A stretch of DNA of 61,221 nt. It comes from a virus. Its lineage: Duplodnaviria > Caudoviricetes. The DNA lies in the IMG/VR virus record IMGVR_UViG_3300049790_000015, positions 1 through 61,221 of that record, one strand, 5' to 3'. The notes beneath the pieces are model-generated. The model was not told where the DNA came from. It saw only the letters and a list, made by a program, of their open reading frames with translations, and ran no database searches. A program made the translations under genes and the position numbers. The number at the start of each line of letters is the position of its first letter. The first letter of the stretch is position 1. Shown in pieces: positions 45,487 through 53,985 of the stretch.

Positions 45487-47730
45487 TCAAACCGTGGGCC
45501 TGCCCGCACTGGCAACTACGGCATCGGCCAGTGCCCCACGAGCCGCCTCGGCAATATCCCGCCAGGATAGGGCGGCCGGCTCGGGCCGTACCCCACGCAC
45601 CGGGGGTAGGGTCAGGCCGTCCTCGGTTCCAGCGGGCCAGACCAGCCGGAAAGTGCCCCGGCAGCGGACCCCACCCAGACAATCCAGGTAGCTCCCCGTG
45701 CCGTATGCCGCCTGCGCAGCAGCCATATCCGCGAAGACCTGCCCGTCGATCTGCCTGCAGGGCTCGCAGGTCCGGGTGTCGTTCTGCTCGGTCGCGGTGA
45801 GCTGGCCGCCGGTCTTGACCCGCATCGCGACCTTGGCGACCGCAAACCGGCCGGTGTTGATCGCGCGGTGGAGCGCCCCGCCGAGTTGAGTCCGCGCGAA
45901 GTTGTCACTGAGTTTCGCCAGATGACTGCGAACCCGCTGGCCGATCTCCGATCCGGTGACGCCCGGGAGGTAAACCCGTACTGCCTCGGTTGAAGCCGAG
46001 CCCGCGATCTGCCCCGCGATCATGTTCGCGACCGCAGTAGCGATGTCGACCAGCTCGCCACCGAACATGACCACGCGCCGGGATAGTGCGGCCTGAATCT
46101 CCGGATCCAGCGCAGGCACCTCGACCTGGACGCCCTGTCCGGCGCACTCCTGCGCCATTCGGTAGGCGGACGTCAAGGCCAGCCGCCCGAGCCCGCCCCG
46201 AATCGTCTCGGCCATGTCCGCGACGATATCGGCGCTCACATCAAGGTCACCGAGCTGGTCCGGCTTGCGGCTGTTCACCAGGTCCCGCACGGTCGACTCA
46301 AGGTCACCGGCCGCGCGCTCCTCCTCCGGCCCGAGCTGGTTCAACAGCCGGTCCAGTTCGACGTTGAGATCGAGCAGCAGGCCGGACAGATCTGGGTCGG
46401 CCGCCGCGCGGAGTTGACGCGCCCGATTCCGCTGCGCCTCCGGGTCTTGGGTGTTCGGCGCCTCATCCGGTGCCCCGGGAGCGTCGTCAGGCTGGGTGTC
46501 CGGAGCCGGCTCGATCGCGGGGGTGCCAGGCTGGTTCGGCTTTGTGGCCGGGACGGCGGGCGGATTGTACGCCATGTCCGGCATGCCCGCCCATTCGAGG
46601 ACGGCTGTCGAGTCGAGCCCGAGCGGGAGCAGCAGCGAGACGGCGGTGGCTTGGGAGGTCCGCTTCCGGTCGGCCGCCTCTTGGTCCTCCTTGACCGGGC
46701 TCTCGTAATCGAAATACAGATCGCGGGCGCCCGGACCGAACATCGGCAGGTAGTCGTGGTTGAGCGCCTGCTTCCAACGCTCAAGGCGCGGAACGAGCAG
46801 CCACTGCGCGAAAACGACCTCGGCCGCCTCCGCGTTCGCGCGGTTGACGTCGGTCACCGTGCCGAGCAGCGGGGTCGGGAAACCGAACGCCTCTCGGATC
46901 ATCTCACCCGAGAGTGACCGCAGTTCCGTGAACTGCATGTCGCGGTTCGTGTACTTGCGGTCGACCCATTTGCCTTCTTCGAGGATCGCCACCCGGTGCG
47001 CCTGGGCGACGCCCTTGTGCTGCTCAGCCCACCGCGAGACGAGCCGCCGGAAGTCGCCGTCACTGAGCTTCTTACTGACCTCGACGATGCCACCCGGCTC
47101 GGCGCTGTTGTAGAAGAAATTCCGGTTCCACTCGGCAGCCAGCCGCGCCGAGTCGACGTCGGTGAGGACGGCCTGCACCGGACCCATGCCGCGATACGGA
47201 GACAGCGGGTCAGGCATCCGGATCTGGATGACATCCTCGACCGCGAGCGGCACGAGTTCGCCTTCCGGCCCACGGTAGATGTAGCCCCGGATGAAGTCGT
47301 TCGCGTCCGGGATAACCTCCATGCGGTCCGGGCGCACTGGCCAGATGCCGACCGGGAGTCCGCCGCGCCGATTGATCACGAGCCACGCTTCGCCGGTCAG
47401 GTCATTGTGCTGCTGCCCGACCTCGATCAGTTCCTGCCGCGTGTAGAACGGGTTCGGGTTGTTCCACAGATCGAGCGCCCAGTGGGACGTGACCTCCGGC
47501 CACTCCTCGCGCGGCTTGCCGGCCTGCCTCCGGTACAGATGCCACTCGGGCATCGAGGTGCCGTTGCTGGTCTTGTTGACGATCGCAAACAGCGTCCCGA
47601 CTGTGCCCATGGCCCGGAGTTCCACGGTCATGTTCGAGTTCGGCATCGCGGGCATGCTGACGTTCGTTCGCTGAGGAGCGAACGGAACCGGCGTCAGCGC
47701 GTTCCGGATCGTGCCGAGTAGCGACCTCAC
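45487..47730 (-). CDS. Portal protein fused to a MuF-like minor head domain
   Basis: LTGEAW, PVRPDRM, YRGMGP, DMQFTE; C-terminal DTRTCEPC..IDG..CLGGVRCRG. Confidence 0.85.
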   Translation of the reverse strand: MRSLLGTIRNALTPVPFAPQRTNVSMPAMPNSNMTVELRAMGTVGTLFAIVNKTSNGTSMPEWHLYRRQAGKPREEWPEVTSHWALDLWNNPNPFYTRQELIEVGQQHNDLTGEAWLVINRRGGLPVGIWPVRPDRMEVIPDANDFIRGYIYRGPEGELVPLAVEDVIQIRMPDPLSPYRGMGPVQAVLTDVDSARLAAEWNRNFFYNSAEPGGIVEVSKKLSDGDFRRLVSRWAEQHKGVAQAHRVAILEEGKWVDRKYTNRDMQFTELRSLSGEMIREAFGFPTPLLGTVTDVNRANAEAAEVVFAQWLLVPRLERWKQALNHDYLPMFGPGARDLYFDYESPVKEDQEAADRKRTSQATAVSLLLPLGLDSTAVLEWAGMPDMAYNPPAVPATKPNQPGTPAIEPAPDTQPDDAPGAPDEAPNTQDPEAQRNRARQLRAAADPDLSGLLLDLNVELDRLLNQLGPEEERAAGDLESTVRDLVNSRKPDQLGDLDVSADIVADMAETIRGGLGRLALTSAYRMAQECAGQGVQVEVPALDPEIQAALSRRVVMFGGELVDIATAVANMIAGQIAGSASTEAVRVYLPGVTGSEIGQRVRSHLAKLSDNFARTQLGGALHRAINTGRFAVAKVAMRVKTGGQLTATEQNDTRTCEPCRQIDGQVFADMAAAQAAYGTGSYLDCLGGVRCRGTFRLVWPAGTEDGLTLPPVRGVRPEPAALSWRDIAEAARGALADAVVASAGRPTV

Positions 47731-47903
47731 TGGGCGCGCTCCAACATCAGGTCGAGGAACAGCAGCGACAGGCCGACCGCGACAAACCCCACGGGGACCA
47801 GCCACATGAACGCGGCAATGTCGAGACAGGACAAGCCCGCGATCGACAGCCAGCCCCGGAAGGTGTCGGGCGTGAGCCGCACGCGCAGGCTCCGTAGCTT
47901 CAC
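47727..47903 (-). CDS. Small membrane protein, 58 aa (not in ORF track)
   Basis: Two hydrophobic segments; GGAGG RBS; start lies within a family B repeat; GTGA overlap with the portal gene. Confidence 0.65.
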   Translation of the reverse strand: MKLRSLRVRLTPDTFRGWLSIAGLSCLDIAAFMWLVPVGFVAVGLSLLFLDLMLERAQ

Positions 47904-47931
47904 TGCCGGACCATCCTCCCTGCCGCCTCGA

Positions 47932-49296
47932 TCACATCCAGCGGACGTTCGGGCGCACGCCGAGGTCGATTTCCGCGACGAAATACCGCATCGCGTCCGC
48001 CCCGTGGTCGTGCAGTTTCAGGGGCATGTCCCGCTCAACGGTAGCACCACCCGGGTTCGCTTTGAATGCCCAGACATACGAGGGCAGTTCGTCCTGCGTC
48101 GACGTCGGGAGTTTGTTGTCGAGGAGCGCGGGATCACGGCGCACCACCGCGTCCCGCATAATGAAGATCCGGTCCTCTTTCATCCGGACCTGCACTGCCT
48201 CGATGCCCTCGGTCACGGTCTTGAACGCGGCTTCGGTCGAGATCCCGATCTCACGTTCGAGCGTGGCCCTGCCTTCGGCGTCGTGGTCGCACACTATCCA
48301 TTGCGGCGTCGGTTCGTGCCAGATCCGGCCCTGATATGCGTACCGGTCCTCTCCGGCGGGGTGCACGTAATCCGGGTCCTCGTCCGAGACCAGCGCCATG
48401 ATCTCCTTGGCGTGGTCCTCGACGATGCGATTGGTCATGTATATTTCGCGATACAGGATCAGCCGGCCGTCGGGGTCTTGCGCCCAGAACTGGCAAACGA
48501 ACGGATTGCGGTACCCAAAGTCGATAGACCAGAACCGAGGCCAGTCGTCCGGGATCTTGACCTGGTTGATGAGGTGCTTTCCCTCGTCCCAGTCCGCGTA
48601 CACGATCCCCTCGGCTGCCGTCCATTTGCCCTCAAGCAAGCGCAGCCGTCGGACGCCGGTCAGTGCCTCCAGTTTCGCGAAGTAGTCGGCTCCGATCGCG
48701 GTCGGGGTCCCGTCGAGCCGCATGTACGCCGGGTTGTCGACATGACGCGAGATCAGGATGCGGAGCTTGCCGGTCGCGGCCCGAAACTGCATCCAGTGCG
48801 TGGGTGCGTTCGGATTGCACGCCCCGACTAGCTGGGTCCACCCGCGCACGTAGTTGCGGAGCCGCGTGTTTGCGTACTCCCAGTCCTGCTCGGTCAGCTC
48901 GGTCGCCTCGTCGACGAAGATCATGTCGTATTCCGATGACATGATCTTCTCGGGCTTGTCCATCCCGCCCACGACGATCGTGCTTCCGTTCGAGTACCGG
49001 TAGGCGGCCGGCTCCTCGCCCGAGCCGCCGTACCAGGTCACGGTGCCGTTCGCCAGAGCGCCCGGGATGACCTTGTTCTTGAACGTAACGAGCGTGGTCG
49101 CGGTCAGCGACACGTGGGTTTTCCGCAGGACGAGCCCGCGATAGCCAGGTTGCAGCAGGCAAATCAGGTGCAGCCGGAACAGGCAGACCACCGACTTGCC
49201 GGTACCGGCCGGTCCGGAGATGACCACCTCGCCCGAGTGGTCGGTCATCAGGTCCCGTGCGGCGCCGCGCGTCTCGAACCGCACGAGTTGGGTCAT
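47932..49296 (-). CDS. terL: Terminase large subunit (PBSX/SPP1-like)
   Basis: GPAGTGKS, FVDEATE, CNP, IDFGY, DHGADAMRY. Confidence 0.93.
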   Translation of the reverse strand: MTQLVRFETRGAARDLMTDHSGEVVISGPAGTGKSVVCLFRLHLICLLQPGYRGLVLRKTHVSLTATTLVTFKNKVIPGALANGTVTWYGGSGEEPAAYRYSNGSTIVVGGMDKPEKIMSSEYDMIFVDEATELTEQDWEYANTRLRNYVRGWTQLVGACNPNAPTHWMQFRAATGKLRILISRHVDNPAYMRLDGTPTAIGADYFAKLEALTGVRRLRLLEGKWTAAEGIVYADWDEGKHLINQVKIPDDWPRFWSIDFGYRNPFVCQFWAQDPDGRLILYREIYMTNRIVEDHAKEIMALVSDEDPDYVHPAGEDRYAYQGRIWHEPTPQWIVCDHDAEGRATLEREIGISTEAAFKTVTEGIEAVQVRMKEDRIFIMRDAVVRRDPALLDNKLPTSTQDELPSYVWAFKANPGGATVERDMPLKLHDHGADAMRYFVAEIDLGVRPNVRWM

Positions 49297-49586
49297 CCGA
49301 GGTACGCCCCCGGGCGGAGAAGCCACACCATGTCCGCGCCCGCTGGAGTCCCGAGGACCACCAGCACCTCGTCGAGCAGGCCGTCGACCCGCGTCAACTC
49401 CGCCATCGCAACCGGGGCGTTGAGGTGCCCCCGCGCGTATGCGTAGGAAGCGCCGTGCACCTTGAGCGACTTCACCAGCCGGACCAGCACCCGATGTATC
49501 TCGTCTTCGGACGAAAACAGCTCGATCGGGGGGACGCTCGGGTCTGGCTCCATCGCGTCCGGGCGCCGTCTCTTGTCACTCCGCAT
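49293..49586 (-). CDS. Hypothetical protein
   Basis: Coupled between terS and terL. Confidence 0.55.
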   Translation of the reverse strand: MRSDKRRRPDAMEPDPSVPPIELFSSEDEIHRVLVRLVKSLKVHGASYAYARGHLNAPVAMAELTRVDGLLDEVLVVLGTPAGADMVWLLRPGAYLG

Positions 49587-50181
49587 CGTCGCCCCCGGGT
49601 AGTTCCGGCGGGCCGACCGGCCCGTTTCCGAGCTGGCCTTCGATCACCTCGTCCGGACGAGCCGGACCGAGCAGCGCCCCGACGTCGACCCCGAGGACCT
49701 CATACCGCACGGTCTCGACCTGGATCTGGTGCTTTGCGGGCGCGTTCAGTCCGAGCAAGGCGGCTTCCTGCCGGTCGATCGCGAGAATCCGGTCGATCGC
49801 GGACAGGATCGGCCCGGCATCTTGCATCGGTTTGCCGTCGGGCGTGTCCGGAGTCACCGAATCCGGGTCGATCACGACCTTCCCATTTTGCGATACCGTG
49901 GGATGGTCCGCTTTGAGGATCTCGTACGCCGCGCGCCGGAGTTCCGCGAACCGATCGAGCTGCTCGGCTCGGTATGCGTTGATCTCCGCAATCGGGATCT
50001 CGCGCATTGCCTTGTAGTAGATCTCCCGAGCCCGGTGGCCCGAGATCCCATACTGCGCGCCGATCGTCTCGAAAGTGAGGTGCTCCTTTTGGCGCAACGA
50101 CACGATACCGAGCTGCCGCTCTTCGAGCTGGTGGGCCGACAGAGTGCCCCCACCCGGGTTAACGTCCGGATTCCACGCCAT
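49576..50181 (-). CDS. terS: Terminase small subunit
   Basis: N-terminal HTH (TFETIGAQYGIS); AIDRIL..ALLGLNAP; upstream of terL; TTGCTT-N17-TACGCT promoter just before the ATG. Confidence 0.75.
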   Translation of the reverse strand: MAWNPDVNPGGGTLSAHQLEERQLGIVSLRQKEHLTFETIGAQYGISGHRAREIYYKAMREIPIAEINAYRAEQLDRFAELRRAAYEILKADHPTVSQNGKVVIDPDSVTPDTPDGKPMQDAGPILSAIDRILAIDRQEAALLGLNAPAKHQIQVETVRYEVLGVDVGALLGPARPDEVIEGQLGNGPVGPPELPGGDDAE

Positions 50182-50232
50182 GATCCGAGCGTACCGGGCG
50201 GGCACGCCCCAAAGCAAGGTCGACATACAGCG

Positions 50233-50271
50233 ACGCCCCGCCCTCCCAGGCCCGGTAGGAGGACGGGGCGT
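50233..50271. terminator. Hairpin terminator after the nucleotide metabolism cluster
   Basis: gacgccccg..cggggcgtc. Confidence 0.55.
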
Positions 50272-50284
50272 CTGTCTGTGGGTG

Positions 50285-51214
50285 TTACTTGCCGGACGAG
50301 CCGAAGCCGTTCGAGCCCCGAGCCGACGGCGCCAACTCCGGCACCTGAACCGGCGTGAGACCGGCGGCCAGCGCGGGAAGCACGATGAACTGCGCGATCC
50401 GCTCCCCCGCCTCGATCACGACCGGACGGTCGGTCATGTTCTGGCACGCCGCGAAGTAGGTGCCCCGGTAACCCGCGTCGATGATCGAGTTGACCACCAG
50501 GAGCCCGCGCTTCCGGATGGTCGACGACCGGCCGGTGATCAGCGCCCACGTACCGGCCGGTAGCTCGACTGACACCGCGCACGGGACGTCGACGAACGCC
50601 GGATTGACGACGTCCGGGTCGTCCGACGCCGAGCCGCGCGCCGGGATCTCGGTACGTTCCGAGACGTACAGATCGAATCCGGCGTCATCCGGGTAGCCCT
50701 GGCTCGGCATCCGCCCGCCCGCACCGACCAGCACCGGGAGCGGCGCGGTCTTGTTGAGCGGGTTGGCCGCCTCCTTGAACGCCGAGATCAGCGCGTCACT
50801 GAGATCCTCAATCTCGGTGATCACCGTGCCCAGGTCGCCAAAGAACGCGACGTGCCCCGGCGTGTGGTCCGAGTAGACAATGACCGGCGTGCCGGTCTGC
50901 TTCGCCTGGTAGATCTCCGCGACCACGCCGATGGTCGGGATGTCGTACGGCAGGACGGCCACCAGGACGTCACACTGAGAAGCCGCGTAGCGGCAGACGT
51001 CGCGGATGGTCCGCATCTGGTCGTCGGTCATAAGCGGCGGTCGCTCGTCGCCGAACCGCCCGCTCCCGCTGACGATCCAGGAACGCCCCGGGTCGTAGAC
51101 CACGGCGCCCAGGTTCTCCAGCTCGGTCCGAGCCGCGTTCACCATCGAGACCACGCGCATGCTGGCCATGCGGCCCCGGACCTGATCTATTGGGTAGGCC
51201 AAGTACACTGTCAC
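50285..51214 (-). CDS. dut: Fusion: nucleoside 2-deoxyribosyltransferase/N-glycosidase-like domain + trimeric dUTPase-like domain
   Basis: N-terminal VYLAYP..DVLVA..GVVAEIYQA..PVIVY; C-terminal DAGFDL, GRSS, IDAGYRG, GERIAQ, RGSNGFGSSG. Confidence 0.85.
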   Translation of the reverse strand: MTVYLAYPIDQVRGRMASMRVVSMVNAARTELENLGAVVYDPGRSWIVSGSGRFGDERPPLMTDDQMRTIRDVCRYAASQCDVLVAVLPYDIPTIGVVAEIYQAKQTGTPVIVYSDHTPGHVAFFGDLGTVITEIEDLSDALISAFKEAANPLNKTAPLPVLVGAGGRMPSQGYPDDAGFDLYVSERTEIPARGSASDDPDVVNPAFVDVPCAVSVELPAGTWALITGRSSTIRKRGLLVVNSIIDAGYRGTYFAACQNMTDRPVVIEAGERIAQFIVLPALAAGLTPVQVPELAPSARGSNGFGSSGK

Positions 51215-51765
51215 TGGTGCTGCTCTCCTTCTCCGGCCGGTACCGGCCGCTTGATGACGTCCGCCGGAAGGCGGATGCCGTTGTCCTGCAGGAACACGAC
51301 GAGCGCCCGCTCGGTCTCGGGGTCGGGCGGTCCCCAGATTCGGAACTTCACGCCCGGCTCGCGGTAGGTGAGCTGGGACCCGCGCTGCTCGGGCGACAGG
51401 ACCGTGACTTCCGCCTCGCCCCCGACGTACAGAAACCGGACCACCCTGCGGTCCCGCCAGGTGCGGGGGTGGGACAGCACGACCTGATCCGCGCCGGGCG
51501 GCTCGATCTCGTTCTCGCGCCACCGGACCCAGCCGGCCGCCTCCAACGTCAACTTGAGCGCGTGACCGAGGTCGATGGCGAACTCGCGAGCCGCCTCGGT
51601 CGCATTTGCGGACGCGGTGAGTTCGGCCCACCGCTCGGGGTCGGTCTCGGCCATCTTCCCGTACAGTGGCATTGCCTGCGCCTTCCGGAGAGCCGCCGTG
51701 GTCCGGCGGCCAGCCGGCCGCGAGGTCTCCCCCACGGCCGGCTGGTTCTGGGTCGTCTCGGTCAC
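51211..51765 (-). CDS. Hypothetical protein in the purZ cluster
   Basis: Translationally coupled on both sides. Confidence 0.6.
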   Translation of the reverse strand: MTETTQNQPAVGETSRPAGRRTTAALRKAQAMPLYGKMAETDPERWAELTASANATEAAREFAIDLGHALKLTLEAAGWVRWRENEIEPPGADQVVLSHPRTWRDRRVVRFLYVGGEAEVTVLSPEQRGSQLTYREPGVKFRIWGPPDPETERALVVFLQDNGIRLPADVIKRPVPAGEGEQHQ

Positions 51766-52502
51766 TCGGGCCATCCGCCGAACTCCCGGATCCGCGCCAG
51801 CATGGTGCTGTAGATGCGCAAATCGAAGATCGTGTCCGGGCTCGGCTCCTTGCCGTTCTGCCACGCGGAGAACAGCCGCCCGACCTTGCCGAGTAGGTAG
51901 AACGCAACCGCGATCTCCTGCCCGATCCGGTCGAGGTCGGCACCCTCCGGCATCGGGTAGGCGGCCACCAGCGTGCGCCCCATGATCTCCAGGTCGTGGC
52001 TGCCGTACTCGGCCGTCTTCGGGGCAGTCTTCTCGATGTCGGTCTCGGTAAGCCGCCTCCACCACGGCTCCAGGTCGTTGGGCAAGTCGCCCGGGGCGAA
52101 CTCGGCCATCAGCCCTCTCAACATCGCGTCGTCCAGCCGGCCGCCAGCCTGCAGCACCTTCCGCACCTCGGACGCCACCGCGTCCAGCTCCGGCCGGCTC
52201 ACGCCCTGCGGCAGGTCCTCCGGGTAGGAGCACATGTCGCGGTGTCGCTGACCGTACCGGGTGCACTGCGCGTTCGCGCATCTCGGGGTCTGGCCGATGT
52301 CGTCCGGCTCCGGGTGGCCGGTGACGTTCCGGTCGATCCGCGTCTCGCGGGAGACCGCCGGATGCGGGCCGGTCGCTTCCCGCGCGGCGCGCTCGATCGG
52401 GCCGGTGTCCGCCTCGCCCGGAGGCGGGGTGATCGGAACGGGCACGAGGATGGCGCGCGTCCCCGTCCCGTTCACGCTGTCGAGGTCGGTCGGCCGCTTC
52501 AT
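51762..52502 (-). CDS. DUF1599/Nmad1-like all-alpha nucleotide pyrophosphohydrolase
   Basis: C-terminal KTAEYGS...GKVGRL...DTIFDLRIY; ATGA-coupled to purZ. Confidence 0.6.
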   Translation of the reverse strand: MKRPTDLDSVNGTGTRAILVPVPITPPPGEADTGPIERAAREATGPHPAVSRETRIDRNVTGHPEPDDIGQTPRCANAQCTRYGQRHRDMCSYPEDLPQGVSRPELDAVASEVRKVLQAGGRLDDAMLRGLMAEFAPGDLPNDLEPWWRRLTETDIEKTAPKTAEYGSHDLEIMGRTLVAAYPMPEGADLDRIGQEIAVAFYLLGKVGRLFSAWQNGKEPSPDTIFDLRIYSTMLARIREFGGWPE

Positions 52503-53605
52503 GTGCGAACGACCGTGGTGGGTCCGGTGCCGAGCAGGCTCGGCATGATCCCGAGCTGCTCCTGCACCTCCTCGCGGAGCCAGGTCCGACCGACGTCGGT
52601 CACGCGGTCCCACGTGGTGGCGCCCGCCGCGTCCGAGTCGATGTAGTCGAGCATCGTGATCGCGAGGTGGACCGACGGCGAGTTGATGCCGCCGTTCGCG
52701 TCGATCGCCTTGCGCACCAACTCAACATCCCAGCCACCGACCCGCCGCACCTTGTTGGTGACGGTGGTTCGCTCGGCGGGGAGACCGAGGTTGGCCCACG
52801 ACGTCTCGTCCTGCAGCTCGCCGGAGTTGCCGGCCACCCGGATCGGGTAGGTCCGCGCGACCACCCAGACGTCGAGCCCACGCACCCCGGACATCCATGG
52901 CGAGATGCCGGCCATCGCCAGGAAGTCGATCGCGCGAGCGTCCGACGAGGTGCAGTGCGGGTAGAACTCGCCGTGCAGGCCGAGTCCGAAGCCCTGCGTG
53001 CCCTCGATCTGGACCGTGACACCGGCCTGCCGGAGTGCGCTCCGGAGGATCTCCCCCGTGTCGACACGACCGCCGAACAGATCGGCCTGTCGCCAGATCC
53101 GCTCCGCCCGCGCGGCTCCGATGCCCTTCCCGGTCGACCCGATCTTCGCGGTGAGCCGCCTGGTCGCCTCCTGGTCCTTGTGGTCGTCGGTGATCACGGT
53201 GGCGCTCCGGTCGACGTACAACCGCGACGAGACGTCGTAGCCGGCCGCGTTCAGAGCCATGGTCTCGTCGTCGAGCACCTGTGGGTCGATTTCCGAGCCG
53301 GCCGCGATGATCAGCGCCGAGTTCGGCGCGGTGACGGCCGCGACCGGGATCGAACGGAGCTTCCACGGGTGCATCTGCGAGTCGAACGCGACCGCGCTCT
53401 TCGGGTTGTCGCGGCAGTCCGCGTTGTCGCAGACCAAGGGCCACGGGCACCGGCCGTAGACGGTGTGCCCCGCGTTCGGTCCGGCGACGCGCACGCCGTA
53501 CACCGCGAATCCGCTCTCCTCGTCGACCCGGGCAAGGTGCCCCGCGATCGCGCCCTTGCCCTCGGAACCGAACTGGCCGCCCACGACCACCTGGATCTTG
53601 CTCAC
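52499..53605 (-). CDS. purZ: PurZ0-type adenylosuccinate synthetase paralogue (candidate dGMP to dSMP, Z-base pathway)
   Basis: GGQFGSEGKG (Ser where PurA has catalytic Asp), GPNAGHT, GSTGKGIG, EGTQGF..YPHCTS, TTVTNKVRR, TMLD. Confidence 0.88.
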   Translation of the reverse strand: MSKIQVVVGGQFGSEGKGAIAGHLARVDEESGFAVYGVRVAGPNAGHTVYGRCPWPLVCDNADCRDNPKSAVAFDSQMHPWKLRSIPVAAVTAPNSALIIAAGSEIDPQVLDDETMALNAAGYDVSSRLYVDRSATVITDDHKDQEATRRLTAKIGSTGKGIGAARAERIWRQADLFGGRVDTGEILRSALRQAGVTVQIEGTQGFGLGLHGEFYPHCTSSDARAIDFLAMAGISPWMSGVRGLDVWVVARTYPIRVAGNSGELQDETSWANLGLPAERTTVTNKVRRVGGWDVELVRKAIDANGGINSPSVHLAITMLDYIDSDAAGATTWDRVTDVGRTWLREEVQEQLGIMPSLLGTGPTTVVRT

Positions 53606-53709
53606 TTGGTCTTCTCCTCTTTCTTCGGGTCCGCTCCGCCACCCTGGCCCGACCGAAGCTTCTCGATCAGGTCATTGACGTCCTTGCGGATCCGCTCTGG
53701 CTCTGCCAC
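53602..53709 (-). CDS. Small peptide, 35 aa (not in ORF track)
   Basis: GTG start after GAGGAG; stop overlaps the purZ start. Confidence 0.5.
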   Translation of the reverse strand: MAEPERIRKDVNDLIEKLRSGQGGGADPKKEEKTK

Positions 53710-53720
53710 CGCGTCTCTCC

Positions 53721-53816
53721 TCACTTGCGCCGGTTACGGCGCCTGCTTACCTTGCTGACTCTGCGGCGAGCCCGCCGCTGGTCCTTGGTTCTACGCACCT
53801 TCCCCGTCGGTGCCAT
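53721..53816 (-). CDS. Arginine-rich peptide, 31 aa (not in ORF track)
   Basis: MAPTGKVRRTKDQRRARRRVSKVSRRRNRRK; GAGAGGAGG RBS. Confidence 0.6.
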   Translation of the reverse strand: MAPTGKVRRTKDQRRARRRVSKVSRRRNRRK

Positions 53817-53932
53817 CTGCCTCCTCTCGTTCGACGAGCGCGCCCCCCGCCGTCACCACACGTGCGGGGGGCGCCTCGCCGATGGGTGGCGCCATCTGCA
53901 GCCGAGCCCGGGGGCTACACCCCGCCCCGGCT

Positions 53933-53970
53933 GCTAATACCAGTTAATCATGCCGGTGCCCTCTTGTCAA
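53933..53970 (-). promoter_or_regulatory. Family A promoter for the purZ operon
   Basis: TTGACA-agagGGCACcGgcatga-TTAACT. Confidence 0.75.
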
Positions 53971-53985
53971 GGCCAAGCGCGGTCT

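Noticed and set aside
52499-53605. Ordinary purA auxiliary metabolic gene
   Set aside because: The GDEGKG Asp is replaced by Ser and the neighbours are nucleotide hydrolases, which fits PurZ/PurZ0 better.
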